From Candidatus Eiseniibacteriota bacterium (lineage in GTDB: Bacteria; Eisenbacteria; RBG-16-71-46), in assembly GCA_963744995.1 (NCBI GenBank), contig CAVUWA010000005.1:64001-128000 (forward strand): DNA of 64,000 nucleotides, in the 5' to 3' direction. Of the stretch, positions 1 to 9,859 are shown piece by piece; positions within the stretch are counted from its first letter, which is position 1, and each line of letters opens with the position of its first letter. The notes under the pieces were generated by a model. The model ran no database searches. It was given only the letters and a program-made list of their open reading frames with translations, and was not told where the DNA came from. The position numbers were made by a program, and so were the translations under genes.

Positions 1-869
1 GCGCGCACCGAAGGCGTCCATGTCTGCCAGAACGGCATGTCGACGTGCTTCACCGTGTCGATGCGGAAACCGTCACAGTCCGTGCTGTCGATCAGGAACT
101 CGGCCGCCGCGACCAGTTGTGCCTCGACGGCCGGGTCCTCGGTCTTGAGGTCGTCGAGCCCCGCCAGCTCGCCCAGCACCTGATCGGGATCCACGTAGTT
201 CTGGATCTCGCCGTGCGCGTGGAAGCGACTGAGGTCGTCGAAGAAGCCGATGTGGCGTTTGCCGTTGTTGCGCCACTGCAGCGTGTAGGTGCCCGGGTAC
301 TTGAACTGCGGGTACGGCGACTGCGTGCTGTAGATGAGATCGCCCATATGGTTGGTGACCACGTCGATGATCACGTAGATGCCGCGCGCGTGCGCCGCCT
401 GCACCAGCGAGCGCAGTGCCGGCAGGCCGCCCAGGTGCGGCGCGATGGTGAAGAAGTCGCGCGCTGCGTAGCCGTGGTACTCGGCGTTGGCGTTCAGAAC
501 CACCGGGGAGATCCAGATCGCACGGGCGCCCAGCTGGCGGATGTAGTCGAGCCGCTGCTCGATGCCGGCGAAGTCGCCGCCGTGGATCGAGGTCCCGCTC
601 GCCGGGTCGTAGTGACCCTCGATCGCGTCGTTCGCGGGATCGCCGTCCATGAAGCGGTCGGTGAAGATCTGGTAGATGACGACGTCGCGCCAGTCGGCGG
701 GCGAGGACGTGGCCGCGGACGCGGCACCGGGAGCGGCGATCGCCCCACAGGCCGCCAGCAGCGCGAGGAAGGCGGCGCCCGGCGTCCACGCGCCGCGGCG
801 GGCGGGCCCGGGGCCGCGCGCGCGTTGACCCCCCCGGACGCGCTGGCTAGACTTTTCGGGCGCCGACAC
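1..869 (-). CDS. Secreted alpha-amylase family (GH13) glycoside hydrolase; 3' end runs off the window, start approximate
   Basis: Not in the ORF track; translated by hand: signal-like AAFLALLAACGAIAAPGAASA, then DWRDVVIYQIFTDRFMDGD, GGDFAGIEQRLDYIRQLGARAIWISPV, YHGY, DVVTNH (region I) and DGFRIDTVKHV (region II, catalytic Asp). Confidence 0.9.
   Translation of the reverse strand, partial: MSAPEKSSQRVRGGQRARGPGPARRGAWTPGAAFLALLAACGAIAAPGAASAATSSPADWRDVVIYQIFTDRFMDGDPANDAIEGHYDPASGTSIHGGDFAGIEQRLDYIRQLGARAIWISPVVLNANAEYHGYAARDFFTIAPHLGGLPALRSLVQAAHARGIYVIIDVVTNHMGDLIYSTQSPYPQFKYPGTYTLQWRNNGKRHIGFFDDLSRFHAHGEIQNYVDPDQVLGELAGLDDLKTEDPAVEAQLVAAAEFLIDSTDCDGFRIDTVKHVDMPFWQTWTPSVR
825..853 (+). promoter_or_regulatory. 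Putative sigma70 promoter for the GH57/mal genes
   Basis: TTGACC (825-830), 17-bp spacer, TAGACT (848-853), 65 bp upstream of the ATG at 919. Confidence 0.55.
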
Positions 870-918
870 CGCCCACCGCACCACCGCACGACCCCACCTG
901 GGGGAGCGCCAGAACGCC

Positions 919-3900
919 ATGCCCCGCATCCGCTTCGCCGCCTGCTCGCTCATGATCCTCGCTCTGGTGTCGTCCGCTCAGGCGGCCGCCCCGCCGGCGC
1001 GCTCAGCGCGGCTGCTCGCCGATGCCGCCTGGCCGAAATCGTCCGTGGTCGCGATCGGCAGGGTGCGCTCGGGCGTCACGCCGCTGGAGAGCGCGGGCAA
1101 CATTCTAGCAGTCTACGTCGATCGCGCCGAAGCGCTGACCGTGCGCGTGAGCCTGGTCGCGCCGGTCGGGATCACCGATCACGTGCCGTACTTCGAAGCC
1201 CACGGCACCGTGGTGATCGAGCTCGACGACCCGGGCGAAGCCCCGATCGGCGAAACGGACGCAACCGCTGCCGGCGGGACCGCCGCGTTTGCGGTCACCC
1301 GGCGCGTGACCCTCGCGCCGCCGCGCGACGGCCGCGCCGCCGTGCGGCAGGTCATGCGTCACCGGATCCCCGGCGCTCCGGACGATCCGGTCCTGCCGCT
1401 CGCCTCCGACGCGGTCGCTTTCCATCTGGATCAGGGCTGGCTGGCGGCGGCGCTGCCGGTGGCGGCAGGCGGCGCACCGCGGCACATCGCGGTCAGCACC
1501 TACGCCGACGGACGGCTCCTCGACCGCATCGTCGTGCCGCTCGATGCGCAGGTGAGCTACTCCACCCACGTCGCTTTCATGCACCACGGCAACCAGGGCC
1601 TCGCCTACTCCGACGTGTTCTTCGGACGCCCGGGGGCGATGAATGCGAGCGGCTACGACGAGGTGCTCGAGGCGCACCAGAAGCTGCCGCAGATCCCCGG
1701 CAATTTCCACCTCGGTGCGCTGCTGCAGAGCGCAGCCGAGTGGGACGCCAGGAACGGCAACCCGGTGGACTTCAACGCGTGGCTCAGGGCCGGCGTCACC
1801 GAGGGCTGGGCCGGGATGATCGCGTCGGCCTACGGGCAGCCGATCATGCCGTTCATCCAGGGCGCGATGAACGACTGGGCGGTGGATCGCCACACCGCCA
1901 TGACCGACTGGCGCTATGGCTACACGCCGCGCGTCGCATGGGTGCCCGAACGGGTGTGGCTCTCGCCGGGGAACTACCCGGACGCGGGCGTGATCGACGA
2001 CTCCGGCAACCACTGGGTGAACCACGGCATCGACGCGGTGATCCTCGACGACTGGCCGCACGGACAGGGCTACGACAACCATCAGATCCACACCATCGCC
2101 GGATCCTCGCTGCGGGTGATCCTGCGCGACGGCAACTTCACCGGGAAGATGCATTCGGGCGACGGCGCGGGCGCCCTTCAGGTCCTCACCGACCTGGCCA
2201 GCACCCCCGACGGCCCCTACCGCCTGGTCACCTATGCCGACGACTGGGAAATGGCCGCCGAGGTCGCGGGCTGGGAGAACACGTTCCCGTTCGCACTCGA
2301 TACCTATGAGTGGATGATCGACAAGTGCCGCTCGGAGAGCTCGTGGCTCTCGACGTGGAAGCTCGCCGACGCGCTCAACAATCCGAACTTCAACGGTTCG
2401 TCGTCCATGGCGCCCACGTTCGGCACCTACGGCGGGATCGGCGACGTGCACGGCTACGGCGGCAGCAACAACGCCTGGTACACCGACTACGCCGGCTACA
2501 TTCCATACGCCAACGGCGGTGACGGCAACGGCGGCTGCGCCGGCATGGGCGGGAACTGCAAGAATCACGGCCAGATCTGGAACGACGCGTTCAACGCGTT
2601 GCAGGCAGCGCCGGACAACGCGATCCGCGAAGCCGGCTGGTACGTGTTGATGAGCAACCTGCACGAGACCGGCTGGCACGACTACCTGGGCGGACCGCTA
2701 TCGGGCTGGGAGCGCCAGTACGCCGGCCACATCAAGAATGCCAGCATCTACGCCGAAGCCGCGCGCTGGGCGGGCGGTCTCTACGTGAATCCAACCGGGG
2801 CGTACCTGTCGGACATCGACGACGACGGCTACGACGAGCTGGTGATGTACAACGACCGCGTGTTCGCCGTGTTCGAGTCCACGGGCGGGCGCTGCACGCA
2901 CCTGTTCGCGAAGGGCAGCGGCTACGCCTGGCCGGTGATCGGCGTGGACAACGCCTACTGGTACGGCACCGAGGGCGACTACAACGACGGCAACCACGTC
3001 GCCGGGCTGTCGGACGTCGGCCCCAACGCCCAGAACGATCCGTACGGCATGAGCGTGAACCTCGCATCCGGCGACTCGGTGCGCGCGACGTTCAGCCACT
3101 CGGGGATCGAGCGCACCGTGACGCTGCGCGTGGGCCAGCCCTTCATGGACGTGGTCTATCGCGTCGGCGCCAACACGCAGTACATCCAGAGCGGCTTCTC
3201 CCCCGACCTCGTCGACCTCGTCTGGAACGCCGAAATGGACCGTGTGTTCGCGCCGGACGTCTCGTACATGGGACAGCGGAACCCCAACACACAGGCGACC
3301 GCGGCGTACGTGCTGGGCGGGGGCGGCGCCGGCTTCAACCTCAACTACAGCGGCACGCTGATGAAGGTGGACGAGATCTACGGCACTCAGAAGTTCCAGT
3401 TCTACCTGTACGCCGGGCCGACGTCCGCGCCCGACGCGGGCGGGAACGTCACCGAGTTGCAGGGCCTCGCCGCCGCGCTCACCGACCTGCTGCCCCCCGC
3501 ACCCGCGGGCGCCACGTACTTCCCGGCGACGCGGCAGCTGGCGGTGACGTTCGACGAAGCCGTGCGCTTCGACGAGGTCCAGCCGACCTCGTTCGCGATC
3601 GACGCGAACGACGACGGGATCCCCGACGTCACCCTCGACCCGTCGACGACGGTCGTGAACGGCAGCAACGCGCCGGTGCTCACCCTGCAGATCGCGGCCG
3701 CCGATCACGACTCGATTCAGGCGCTCGACCATCAGCAGATGCGGCTGCTGCTCGCCGCCGGTGCCGTCAAGGACGTCGCCGGCAACGTGAACGCGCTCGT
3801 GACGGACGGTGACGACGTCATGGTCTCCTACGGCCCGCCGACGCTGATCACGCTCGACGGCCGCTTCGATCCCGCCGAATGGCCCGACTGCGCGATTGCG

Positions 3901-5136
3901 GTCGCCGACTCGTTCGATTCGGCCTGGAACTCGACCGGCAACACCGACAACGAGATCCAGGACGTGTACGCGACCTGGGACGACACCTACCTCTACCTCG
4001 GATTGCGCGGCGTCGTGACCGGCAACTCGTGGCTGCTCTACCTGGACACCGATCCCGGCGGCCCCGCCGGGCAGACCGATCTCACCGCGATCGACACCTG
4101 GGAGCGCGGCGTGACGTTCACCGCGCCGGGCTTCAAGGCCGACTGGCAGTTCGGCGCCTACCAGCATCAGGGCGCCTTCGACAGCCAGTCGTTCTGGAAG
4201 ATCACCGGCGCGACGAGCTCCGAGGATTCCACCCAGGCGATCCTCGCCGCGTTCGACCCGAACCATGTGTTCGGACTCCAGGGCGGCAGCGAAATCGCGA
4301 TTCCCTGGTCCACGCTGTACGGCCTCGCCGGCGGGCAGGTGCCGACGCACGCGCAGTTGGGGCTGGTGGCGACGCTCTGCTACGACCCGGAGCCGGGCGG
4401 CGAGGCCGGCGGCGATCAGGCGCCGAACGACCTCTCGGCGACACCGCCCGTGCTCGACAACCGGCAGATCGTCACGATCGACGCGAACGGCGACGGCCTG
4501 CCCGATCCGATCGACCGCCAGGGTCCTGCACTGATGTCGGCCGCGCCCACGGGCTGGGACACCGTGGTGACCGTGGTGTTCGATGAAGCGCTCGCGCCGG
4601 GACCCGCGGGCGTGGCCTCGCGCTACACCGTGTTCGAGACCGGGAATCCGACGAACACGGTGAGCGTGCTCACCGCGACGCTGCAGGGAGACCAGAAGTC
4701 GGTGGCCCTCGCGGTCACGCCGATGTCCAGCACCAGCTACACCGTGGTCGCGAACGGCATCGCCGACGCGACCTGCTACGCCAACGTCACGCCGCAGACG
4801 ACCACGACGTTCCAGGGCCCGCTCGTCGACGTCGCCGTGGACGGTGCGCCCCGGCATCTCGCCCTGCTCGCACCGCGCCCGAACCCGACGCGCGGCGAGA
4901 GCCTCATCGACTTCGTGGTGCCGGGCGGCGAAGCACTGCCGGTGCGACTCGAGATCTACGACCTCTCGGGCCGGCGGCGCGCGGTGCTCGCCGACGGCGT
5001 GTTCGCTCCCGGACGGCACCATGCGCGCTTCGAGGGCCGCGACAAGTCGGGTGCACGTCTTGCACCGGGTCTTTACTTCGTGCGACTCTCGCGCGGTTCC
5101 GAACGACTCACCCGGCGTCTGGTGGTCATGCTGTGA
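919..5136 (+). CDS. Secreted GH57-like alpha-glucan-active enzyme with Ig-like, DOMON-like and C-terminal FlgD-Ig/T9SS-like domains
   Basis: Signal peptide; GH57-like motifs FMHHGNQ, SAYGQPIMP, AWVPERVW (nucleophile Glu) and YADDWE (acid/base Asp); C-terminus PNP...IYDLSGRR...GLYFVRL...RRLVVML. Confidence 0.75.
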   Translation: MPRIRFAACSLMILALVSSAQAAAPPARSARLLADAAWPKSSVVAIGRVRSGVTPLESAGNILAVYVDRAEALTVRVSLVAPVGITDHVPYFEAHGTVVIELDDPGEAPIGETDATAAGGTAAFAVTRRVTLAPPRDGRAAVRQVMRHRIPGAPDDPVLPLASDAVAFHLDQGWLAAALPVAAGGAPRHIAVSTYADGRLLDRIVVPLDAQVSYSTHVAFMHHGNQGLAYSDVFFGRPGAMNASGYDEVLEAHQKLPQIPGNFHLGALLQSAAEWDARNGNPVDFNAWLRAGVTEGWAGMIASAYGQPIMPFIQGAMNDWAVDRHTAMTDWRYGYTPRVAWVPERVWLSPGNYPDAGVIDDSGNHWVNHGIDAVILDDWPHGQGYDNHQIHTIAGSSLRVILRDGNFTGKMHSGDGAGALQVLTDLASTPDGPYRLVTYADDWEMAAEVAGWENTFPFALDTYEWMIDKCRSESSWLSTWKLADALNNPNFNGSSSMAPTFGTYGGIGDVHGYGGSNNAWYTDYAGYIPYANGGDGNGGCAGMGGNCKNHGQIWNDAFNALQAAPDNAIREAGWYVLMSNLHETGWHDYLGGPLSGWERQYAGHIKNASIYAEAARWAGGLYVNPTGAYLSDIDDDGYDELVMYNDRVFAVFESTGGRCTHLFAKGSGYAWPVIGVDNAYWYGTEGDYNDGNHVAGLSDVGPNAQNDPYGMSVNLASGDSVRATFSHSGIERTVTLRVGQPFMDVVYRVGANTQYIQSGFSPDLVDLVWNAEMDRVFAPDVSYMGQRNPNTQATAAYVLGGGGAGFNLNYSGTLMKVDEIYGTQKFQFYLYAGPTSAPDAGGNVTELQGLAAALTDLLPPAPAGATYFPATRQLAVTFDEAVRFDEVQPTSFAIDANDDGIPDVTLDPSTTVVNGSNAPVLTLQIAAADHDSIQALDHQQMRLLLAAGAVKDVAGNVNALVTDGDDVMVSYGPPTLITLDGRFDPAEWPDCAIAVADSFDSAWNSTGNTDNEIQDVYATWDDTYLYLGLRGVVTGNSWLLYLDTDPGGPAGQTDLTAIDTWERGVTFTAPGFKADWQFGAYQHQGAFDSQSFWKITGATSSEDSTQAILAAFDPNHVFGLQGGSEIAIPWSTLYGLAGGQVPTHAQLGLVATLCYDPEPGGEAGGDQAPNDLSATPPVLDNRQIVTIDANGDGLPDPIDRQGPALMSAAPTGWDTVVTVVFDEALAPGPAGVASRYTVFETGNPTNTVSVLTATLQGDQKSVALAVTPMSSTSYTVVANGIADATCYANVTPQTTTTFQGPLVDVAVDGAPRHLALLAPRPNPTRGESLIDFVVPGGEALPVRLEIYDLSGRRRAVLADGVFAPGRHHARFEGRDKSGARLAPGLYFVRLSRGSERLTRRLVVML

Positions 5137-5255
5137 GTTCTGCGCGGGCACGGCCCGCGCGCGCGAAGATCTTTCCGTTCGGCCGCCCTCCCCGCGGCGG
5201 CCGGACGTTTACGCGGACCCCGGACGGTCCGGCTCCGCGGCACGGAGGTACACGC

Positions 5256-6491
5256 ATGAGGCGCAAGCCGCGGGCGGCGTGGGTGGCGGTGCTGCTTCTC
5301 GCTTCATCCCTGCTCGGCGGCTGCGCCGCACGCAAGGACGACGGCTCGATCGTGATCTGGGAGCAGATGGATCCCGAGGAGCGCACGCGTTTCGAGGCCA
5401 ACCTCGAGGCGTACCGGGCGACGCACCCGGATCTCGAGATCCGCCACGTGCCGTACGAGACCGAACAGCTGCGCACCCAGTTCCAGACCGCGGCCGCGGC
5501 CGGCGGCGGCCCGGATCTGATCTTCGGTCCCTCCGACCAGGTCGGCCCGCTCTCACTGCTCGGCCTCATCGAACCGCTCGACCAGACGCTGCCGGCCGGG
5601 TTCTTCGACCGCTTCATCCCCGCCGCACTCGATACGCTCGACGGCCACATCTACGCCGCGCCCGATCAGGTCGGCAATCATCTGGTGCTGTGTTTCAACC
5701 GCAACATGGTGCCGGAGGCGCCCGGGACCGCGAACGAGTTCGTCGCCATCGCGCAGCGGTTGACGAAACCGGCCCGGGGCGGCCAGCCCGCCGTCTACGG
5801 TTTCGCCATGAACGCCACCGAGCCGTACTGGCTGATCCCGTTCTTCACGGGCTATGGCGGCTGGGTGTTCGACCAGAATGGCGACCCGAACCTGAACACG
5901 CCGGCGATGGTCAAGGCGCTGACGTTCCTCAAGGACCTGAAGGACGAGTACAAGGTCATGCCGCGCGAGAGCGACTATCAGGTCGCCGAGACGCTGTTCA
6001 AAGAGGGACAGGCGGCGATGATCGTGAACGGCCCGTGGTCGTGGTCGGGCTACCGCAAGGCCGGCATCGACCTCGGCATCGCGCCGATCTTCAAGATGCC
6101 GAACGGCCAGTGGGCCCGCCCGATGGCGGCGAGCAAGGGCTACTCGATCAACAGGAACGTTTCCGCTGCGAAGCGCGACAAGGTGGTGGAACTGCTCACC
6201 TACCTGACCTCGACCGAAGCCGAGACCCGCATGGCGGTGGAACTCGGCATCCTGCCCAGCACGCGCGCCGCCTACGCCGACTCGGCGATCGCGAACGATC
6301 CGACGCTCAAGGTGTCGCGCGAGGCGTTCGACCTCGGCCGCCGCATGCCGGTGGTGCCGGAGATGCGCGTGCTGTGGGACGTCATGCGGCCGGGCCTGCA
6401 GAACGTGATGAACGGCGCCAGGACGCCGGCCGAGGCCGCAAAGGAGATGCAGGACGCCGCCGTGCAGCAGATCGCCGGCATGAAGCAGTAG
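5256..6491 (+). CDS. malE: Maltose/maltodextrin-type ABC transporter substrate-binding lipoprotein (MalE-like)
   Basis: GGAGGT RBS; lipobox LLGGC; GGGPDL, FKEGQAAMIVNGPW and MPVVPEMRVLW motifs typical of maltodextrin-binding proteins. Confidence 0.85.
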   Translation: MRRKPRAAWVAVLLLASSLLGGCAARKDDGSIVIWEQMDPEERTRFEANLEAYRATHPDLEIRHVPYETEQLRTQFQTAAAAGGGPDLIFGPSDQVGPLSLLGLIEPLDQTLPAGFFDRFIPAALDTLDGHIYAAPDQVGNHLVLCFNRNMVPEAPGTANEFVAIAQRLTKPARGGQPAVYGFAMNATEPYWLIPFFTGYGGWVFDQNGDPNLNTPAMVKALTFLKDLKDEYKVMPRESDYQVAETLFKEGQAAMIVNGPWSWSGYRKAGIDLGIAPIFKMPNGQWARPMAASKGYSINRNVSAAKRDKVVELLTYLTSTEAETRMAVELGILPSTRAAYADSAIANDPTLKVSREAFDLGRRMPVVPEMRVLWDVMRPGLQNVMNGARTPAEAAKEMQDAAVQQIAGMKQ

Positions 6492-6579
6492 CCATGGCGC
6501 GGGCCGGCTGCAGATGCGGCGCCCCGTCACGCGGCGCGCGGGATCACGACGCTTCCACCGGGCGGGAGTGCGACGCGCC

Positions 6580-7461
6580 ATGATCCGCGCACCGCGCCGC
6601 TTCCCCTACATGCTGCTCATGCCGGCGGCGGTGGTGATGCTCGCGGTCGTGCTGTTCCCGCTGCTCTACAACTTCTACCTCGCGTTTCGGAACATGAGCC
6701 TCTACCACTTCACGGATCATCGCTGGGTGGGGCTCGACAACTTCCGGCTGCTGCTCAGCGAACCGGTGTTCTACCAGATGCTCGGCAAGTCGATCGTCTG
6801 GACCGTCGCCAACGTCGTCTTCCACGTGGGGATCGGCCTGGTCCTCGCGATCGTGCTCAGCGGCCCGGTCAGGGGCCGCGCGTTCTACCGCACGCTGCTG
6901 ATCCTGCCGTGGGCCATGCCGCAGTACATCTCGGCGCTCACCTGGCGCGGGATGTTCAACTACGAGTACGGACAGGTGAACCTGATCCTCACGAAGTGGC
7001 TCGGGCTCCCGGCGATTCCGTGGCTCACCGACCCCCACTGGGCTTTCATCGCACCGATCATCGTCAACATCTGGCTCGGCTTCCCGTTCATGATGGTCGT
7101 GGCGCTGGGTGCGCTGTCGGCGATTCCGGGCGAGCTCTACGAAGCCGCCGACCTCGACGCCGCGAGCCTGTGGCAGAAGTTCCGCCACATCACGCTCCCC
7201 GGGATCATGCCGGTCCTGACCCCGGCCGTGCTGCTTGGCACCATCTGGACGTTCAACAACATGGTGGTGATCTGGCTGGTGTCGCGCGGCGGCCAGCCGG
7301 CCGATCAGACCCACATCATGGTGACCTACATCTACAAGATCGCGTTCACGTACTACCGCTATTCCTACGCCGCCGCGTTCTCGGTGATCGTGTTCCTGAT
7401 CCTGCTCGGCTTCGTGATGTACGTGGTGCGGCGCACCTCGCCGGCCGAGGCCCGCGCATGA
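6580..7461 (+). CDS. malF: Carbohydrate ABC transporter permease (MalF-like)
   Basis: Multiple TM helices; WVGLDNF, ILPWAMP, EAA loop ELYEAADLDAA; ATGA overlap with the next gene. Confidence 0.88.
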   Translation: MIRAPRRFPYMLLMPAAVVMLAVVLFPLLYNFYLAFRNMSLYHFTDHRWVGLDNFRLLLSEPVFYQMLGKSIVWTVANVVFHVGIGLVLAIVLSGPVRGRAFYRTLLILPWAMPQYISALTWRGMFNYEYGQVNLILTKWLGLPAIPWLTDPHWAFIAPIIVNIWLGFPFMMVVALGALSAIPGELYEAADLDAASLWQKFRHITLPGIMPVLTPAVLLGTIWTFNNMVVIWLVSRGGQPADQTHIMVTYIYKIAFTYYRYSYAAAFSVIVFLILLGFVMYVVRRTSPAEARA

Positions 7462-8294
7462 GCCGCCGCGCGCCCGCCCCGCTCACCGTGTTGTCGCACG
7501 CGTTCCTGATCGCGTTCTCGCTGGCCACGATCTACCCGATTCTGCAGATCGTCACCGTGTCGCTCAGGCCGTCGGACCAGCTCTATTCCACCAGCCTCGC
7601 GCTGATCCCGCCGCACGCGACCCTGCACGCGTACTACGCGATCCTGTTCGAGAAGGACTTCCTGCTGTGGATGCGCAACTCGCTGATCGTCTCGCTGGCG
7701 GTCACCGTGTTCGGTGTCGTGCTGGCCTCGACCGCGGCCTACGCGTTCTCCCGGTTCCGCTTCCCCGGCTGGCAGTTCGGGCTCTATTCGTTCCTGCTCA
7801 CCCAGCTGTTCCCGGCGACCATGCTGATGCTGCCGATGTACGTGCTGATGCGCGCGCTCGGTCTGCTCGACACGTTCACCGGCCTCGCCGTCGCCTACAC
7901 CGCCACCGCGCTGCCGTTCTGCGTGTGGACCCTGCGCGGCTACTACGACACGATCCCCGTCGAGCTCGAGCAGGCCGCGCTGATCGACGGCTGCGGCCCG
8001 TGGAGCGCGTTCACCCGCGTCACGTTTCCGCTCGCGGCGCCGGCGCTCGCGATCACCGCGCTGTTCAGCTTCATGTCGGCGTGGTCCGAGTACCTGGTGG
8101 CGCGCATCATCATCAACCGCCAGGACCTGTTCACGCTGCCGCTCGGCCTCGAGAGCCTCGCGGGGCAGTTCCAGACCGAGTGGGCCAATTACGCCGCCGG
8201 CAGCCTGCTGGTGTGCATCCCGGTGATGGCGCTGTTCGTGATCCTCAACCGCTACCTGGTGAGCGGGTTGTCGCTGGGCGGCGTGAAGGGGTAG
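7458..8294 (+). CDS. malG: Carbohydrate ABC transporter permease (MalG-like)
   Basis: W..NSL, AAYAFSRFRF, ELEQAALIDGC, TLPLGL, and C-terminal GLSLGGVKG. Confidence 0.9.
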   Translation: MSRRAPAPLTVLSHAFLIAFSLATIYPILQIVTVSLRPSDQLYSTSLALIPPHATLHAYYAILFEKDFLLWMRNSLIVSLAVTVFGVVLASTAAYAFSRFRFPGWQFGLYSFLLTQLFPATMLMLPMYVLMRALGLLDTFTGLAVAYTATALPFCVWTLRGYYDTIPVELEQAALIDGCGPWSAFTRVTFPLAAPALAITALFSFMSAWSEYLVARIIINRQDLFTLPLGLESLAGQFQTEWANYAAGSLLVCIPVMALFVILNRYLVSGLSLGGVKG

Positions 8295-8423
8295 CGGGCG
8301 GCCCGGAACGAAGCCCCCGACGGGCCGCAGCGGTGGATCGTCAGCCTCGTCGGCGCCTGGATGCTCGTGGAGAACGTCGGCGGTCCGGCCGGCGCCTGAG
8401 GCCCCGCTGCCGGGAACGCGGCC

Positions 8424-8457
8424 GGGGATCCGGCGTCGACACCGGCGCCGGATCCCC
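8424..8457. terminator. GC-rich hairpin between convergent genes
   Basis: Inverted repeat GGGGATCCGGCG...CGCCGGATCCCC. Confidence 0.5.
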
Positions 8458-8483
8458 GCGGGCCGCGAAGCGCGGCGTGCGGC

Positions 8484-9632
8484 CTAGCTCTGCCGGCGCC
8501 GCGGCAGCAGGCCGAACACGGCGGCGGCGGCGGCGCGCCGCAGGCGCATGATCGGGCGCTGATCGCGCAGTGTGCGCTCGATCAGGGCGCCGAGCGCGCG
8601 CCGCACGTCCGCACGGAGCCGCGGGCTGTCCATCAGCGTCTTGAACGTCCGCATCTCATGCTTCCCGCGCGGCAGCGCGTCCACATCTGCGGCGAGGGTG
8701 TCCAGCCCGTCGAAGACCTCGAACTGGTCGAGCGCACCGACCTCCGCCAGCACCAGCCGGGCGTAGATGCACTTGTAGCAGCGCGAGCAATTGCCGGACG
8801 CGGATCGATTCTCCCAGCACACGCGCAGCAGGCGATGCGCCAGCGGTTCGTTCGCGATCGCGCGGATCTTGTCTTCCTTGCGCAGCTCCTGACCGACGTG
8901 CACCAGGTGCCGGCGGCTGGACGACCACAGCGGATCGAGCCTCCAGTGCGAGCCCCACGGCACCGGCGTCACCCGATTGACGCTCGACGAGATCAGCACG
9001 TCGCCGGTGCCGCCGCCGATCAGGTGGCCGACGGCCGCCAGAACGCCCCCGTGCGCACGCTCCCAGTCGACGCCGTCGAACAGCGGGTGCTCACGCGCAT
9101 TCGTGTGGATCGTGGCGCCGCAGACACTCCGGGCGGCAGCCGCGTCGCGCAGCATGCGCCCGGTCGCTTCCAGGCGGGGACGGTCGTCCCGCGGGTAGTC
9201 GAACCCATGGATCAGAATCAGCCGATCGACGTGTTCGCCCGAGCGCAGCAGCGTGTAGAAGCAATCCACCCCGCCGCTGAAGAACAGCGCGCGCGCGCCG
9301 CCGTCACGGGTGGCGGCCGGCGGCCGCGTCGTGGCGCGCGGCGTGCGCGGGGCCAGCCCCCACCACTCGTGCAGCAGAGCTTCGATCGGCGGGATGTTCG
9401 CGAGCCACACGGGGTCCACCGGATCGTCGAACTCCAGCCGGGCCTGGCGGTGGAGCGCTGGAATCAGCAGCGCGGAGCCGTAGGCCTCGGCGACGGGGTC
9501 GAGATCCAGGTCGGCGGACTCGAACCACATGTCGACCCCGTCCACGTCCGCGGTGATCCGCGACGTACCCGTGCCGCAATCCCTGCGCACACTGCCGATA
9601 CGGATGCGGTCGCGGCTTGGAAGTCGACGCAT
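8484..9632 (-). CDS. PP-loop (adenine nucleotide alpha-hydrolase-like) protein with a Cys cluster; function unknown
   Basis: FFSGGVDCFYT PP-loop, WGSHWRLDP, and LRVCW...NCSRCYKC metal-binding motif. Confidence 0.65.
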   Translation of the reverse strand: MRRLPSRDRIRIGSVRRDCGTGTSRITADVDGVDMWFESADLDLDPVAEAYGSALLIPALHRQARLEFDDPVDPVWLANIPPIEALLHEWWGLAPRTPRATTRPPAATRDGGARALFFSGGVDCFYTLLRSGEHVDRLILIHGFDYPRDDRPRLEATGRMLRDAAAARSVCGATIHTNAREHPLFDGVDWERAHGGVLAAVGHLIGGGTGDVLISSSVNRVTPVPWGSHWRLDPLWSSSRRHLVHVGQELRKEDKIRAIANEPLAHRLLRVCWENRSASGNCSRCYKCIYARLVLAEVGALDQFEVFDGLDTLAADVDALPRGKHEMRTFKTLMDSPRLRADVRRALGALIERTLRDQRPIMRLRRAAAAAVFGLLPRRRQS

Positions 9633-9859
9633 GGGATCCTCCGGGCCCCTGTGATGAACCGCGAATGTACGACATCGCCGCGCCAATGGCGCAAGCGGAG
9701 GCGCCCATGATCGAGTCGGCACGTCGCGACGACCGTCGCCGGGGGGGGGGTGTGAGCGCCGGCGCCATGCCGACTATACTCATGGGCCGCGTGACGGCCG
9801 CACGCGTGCATCCGACGAAACCCACGGCCCGCACCGCATCGACATTCCCGGAGACACCG

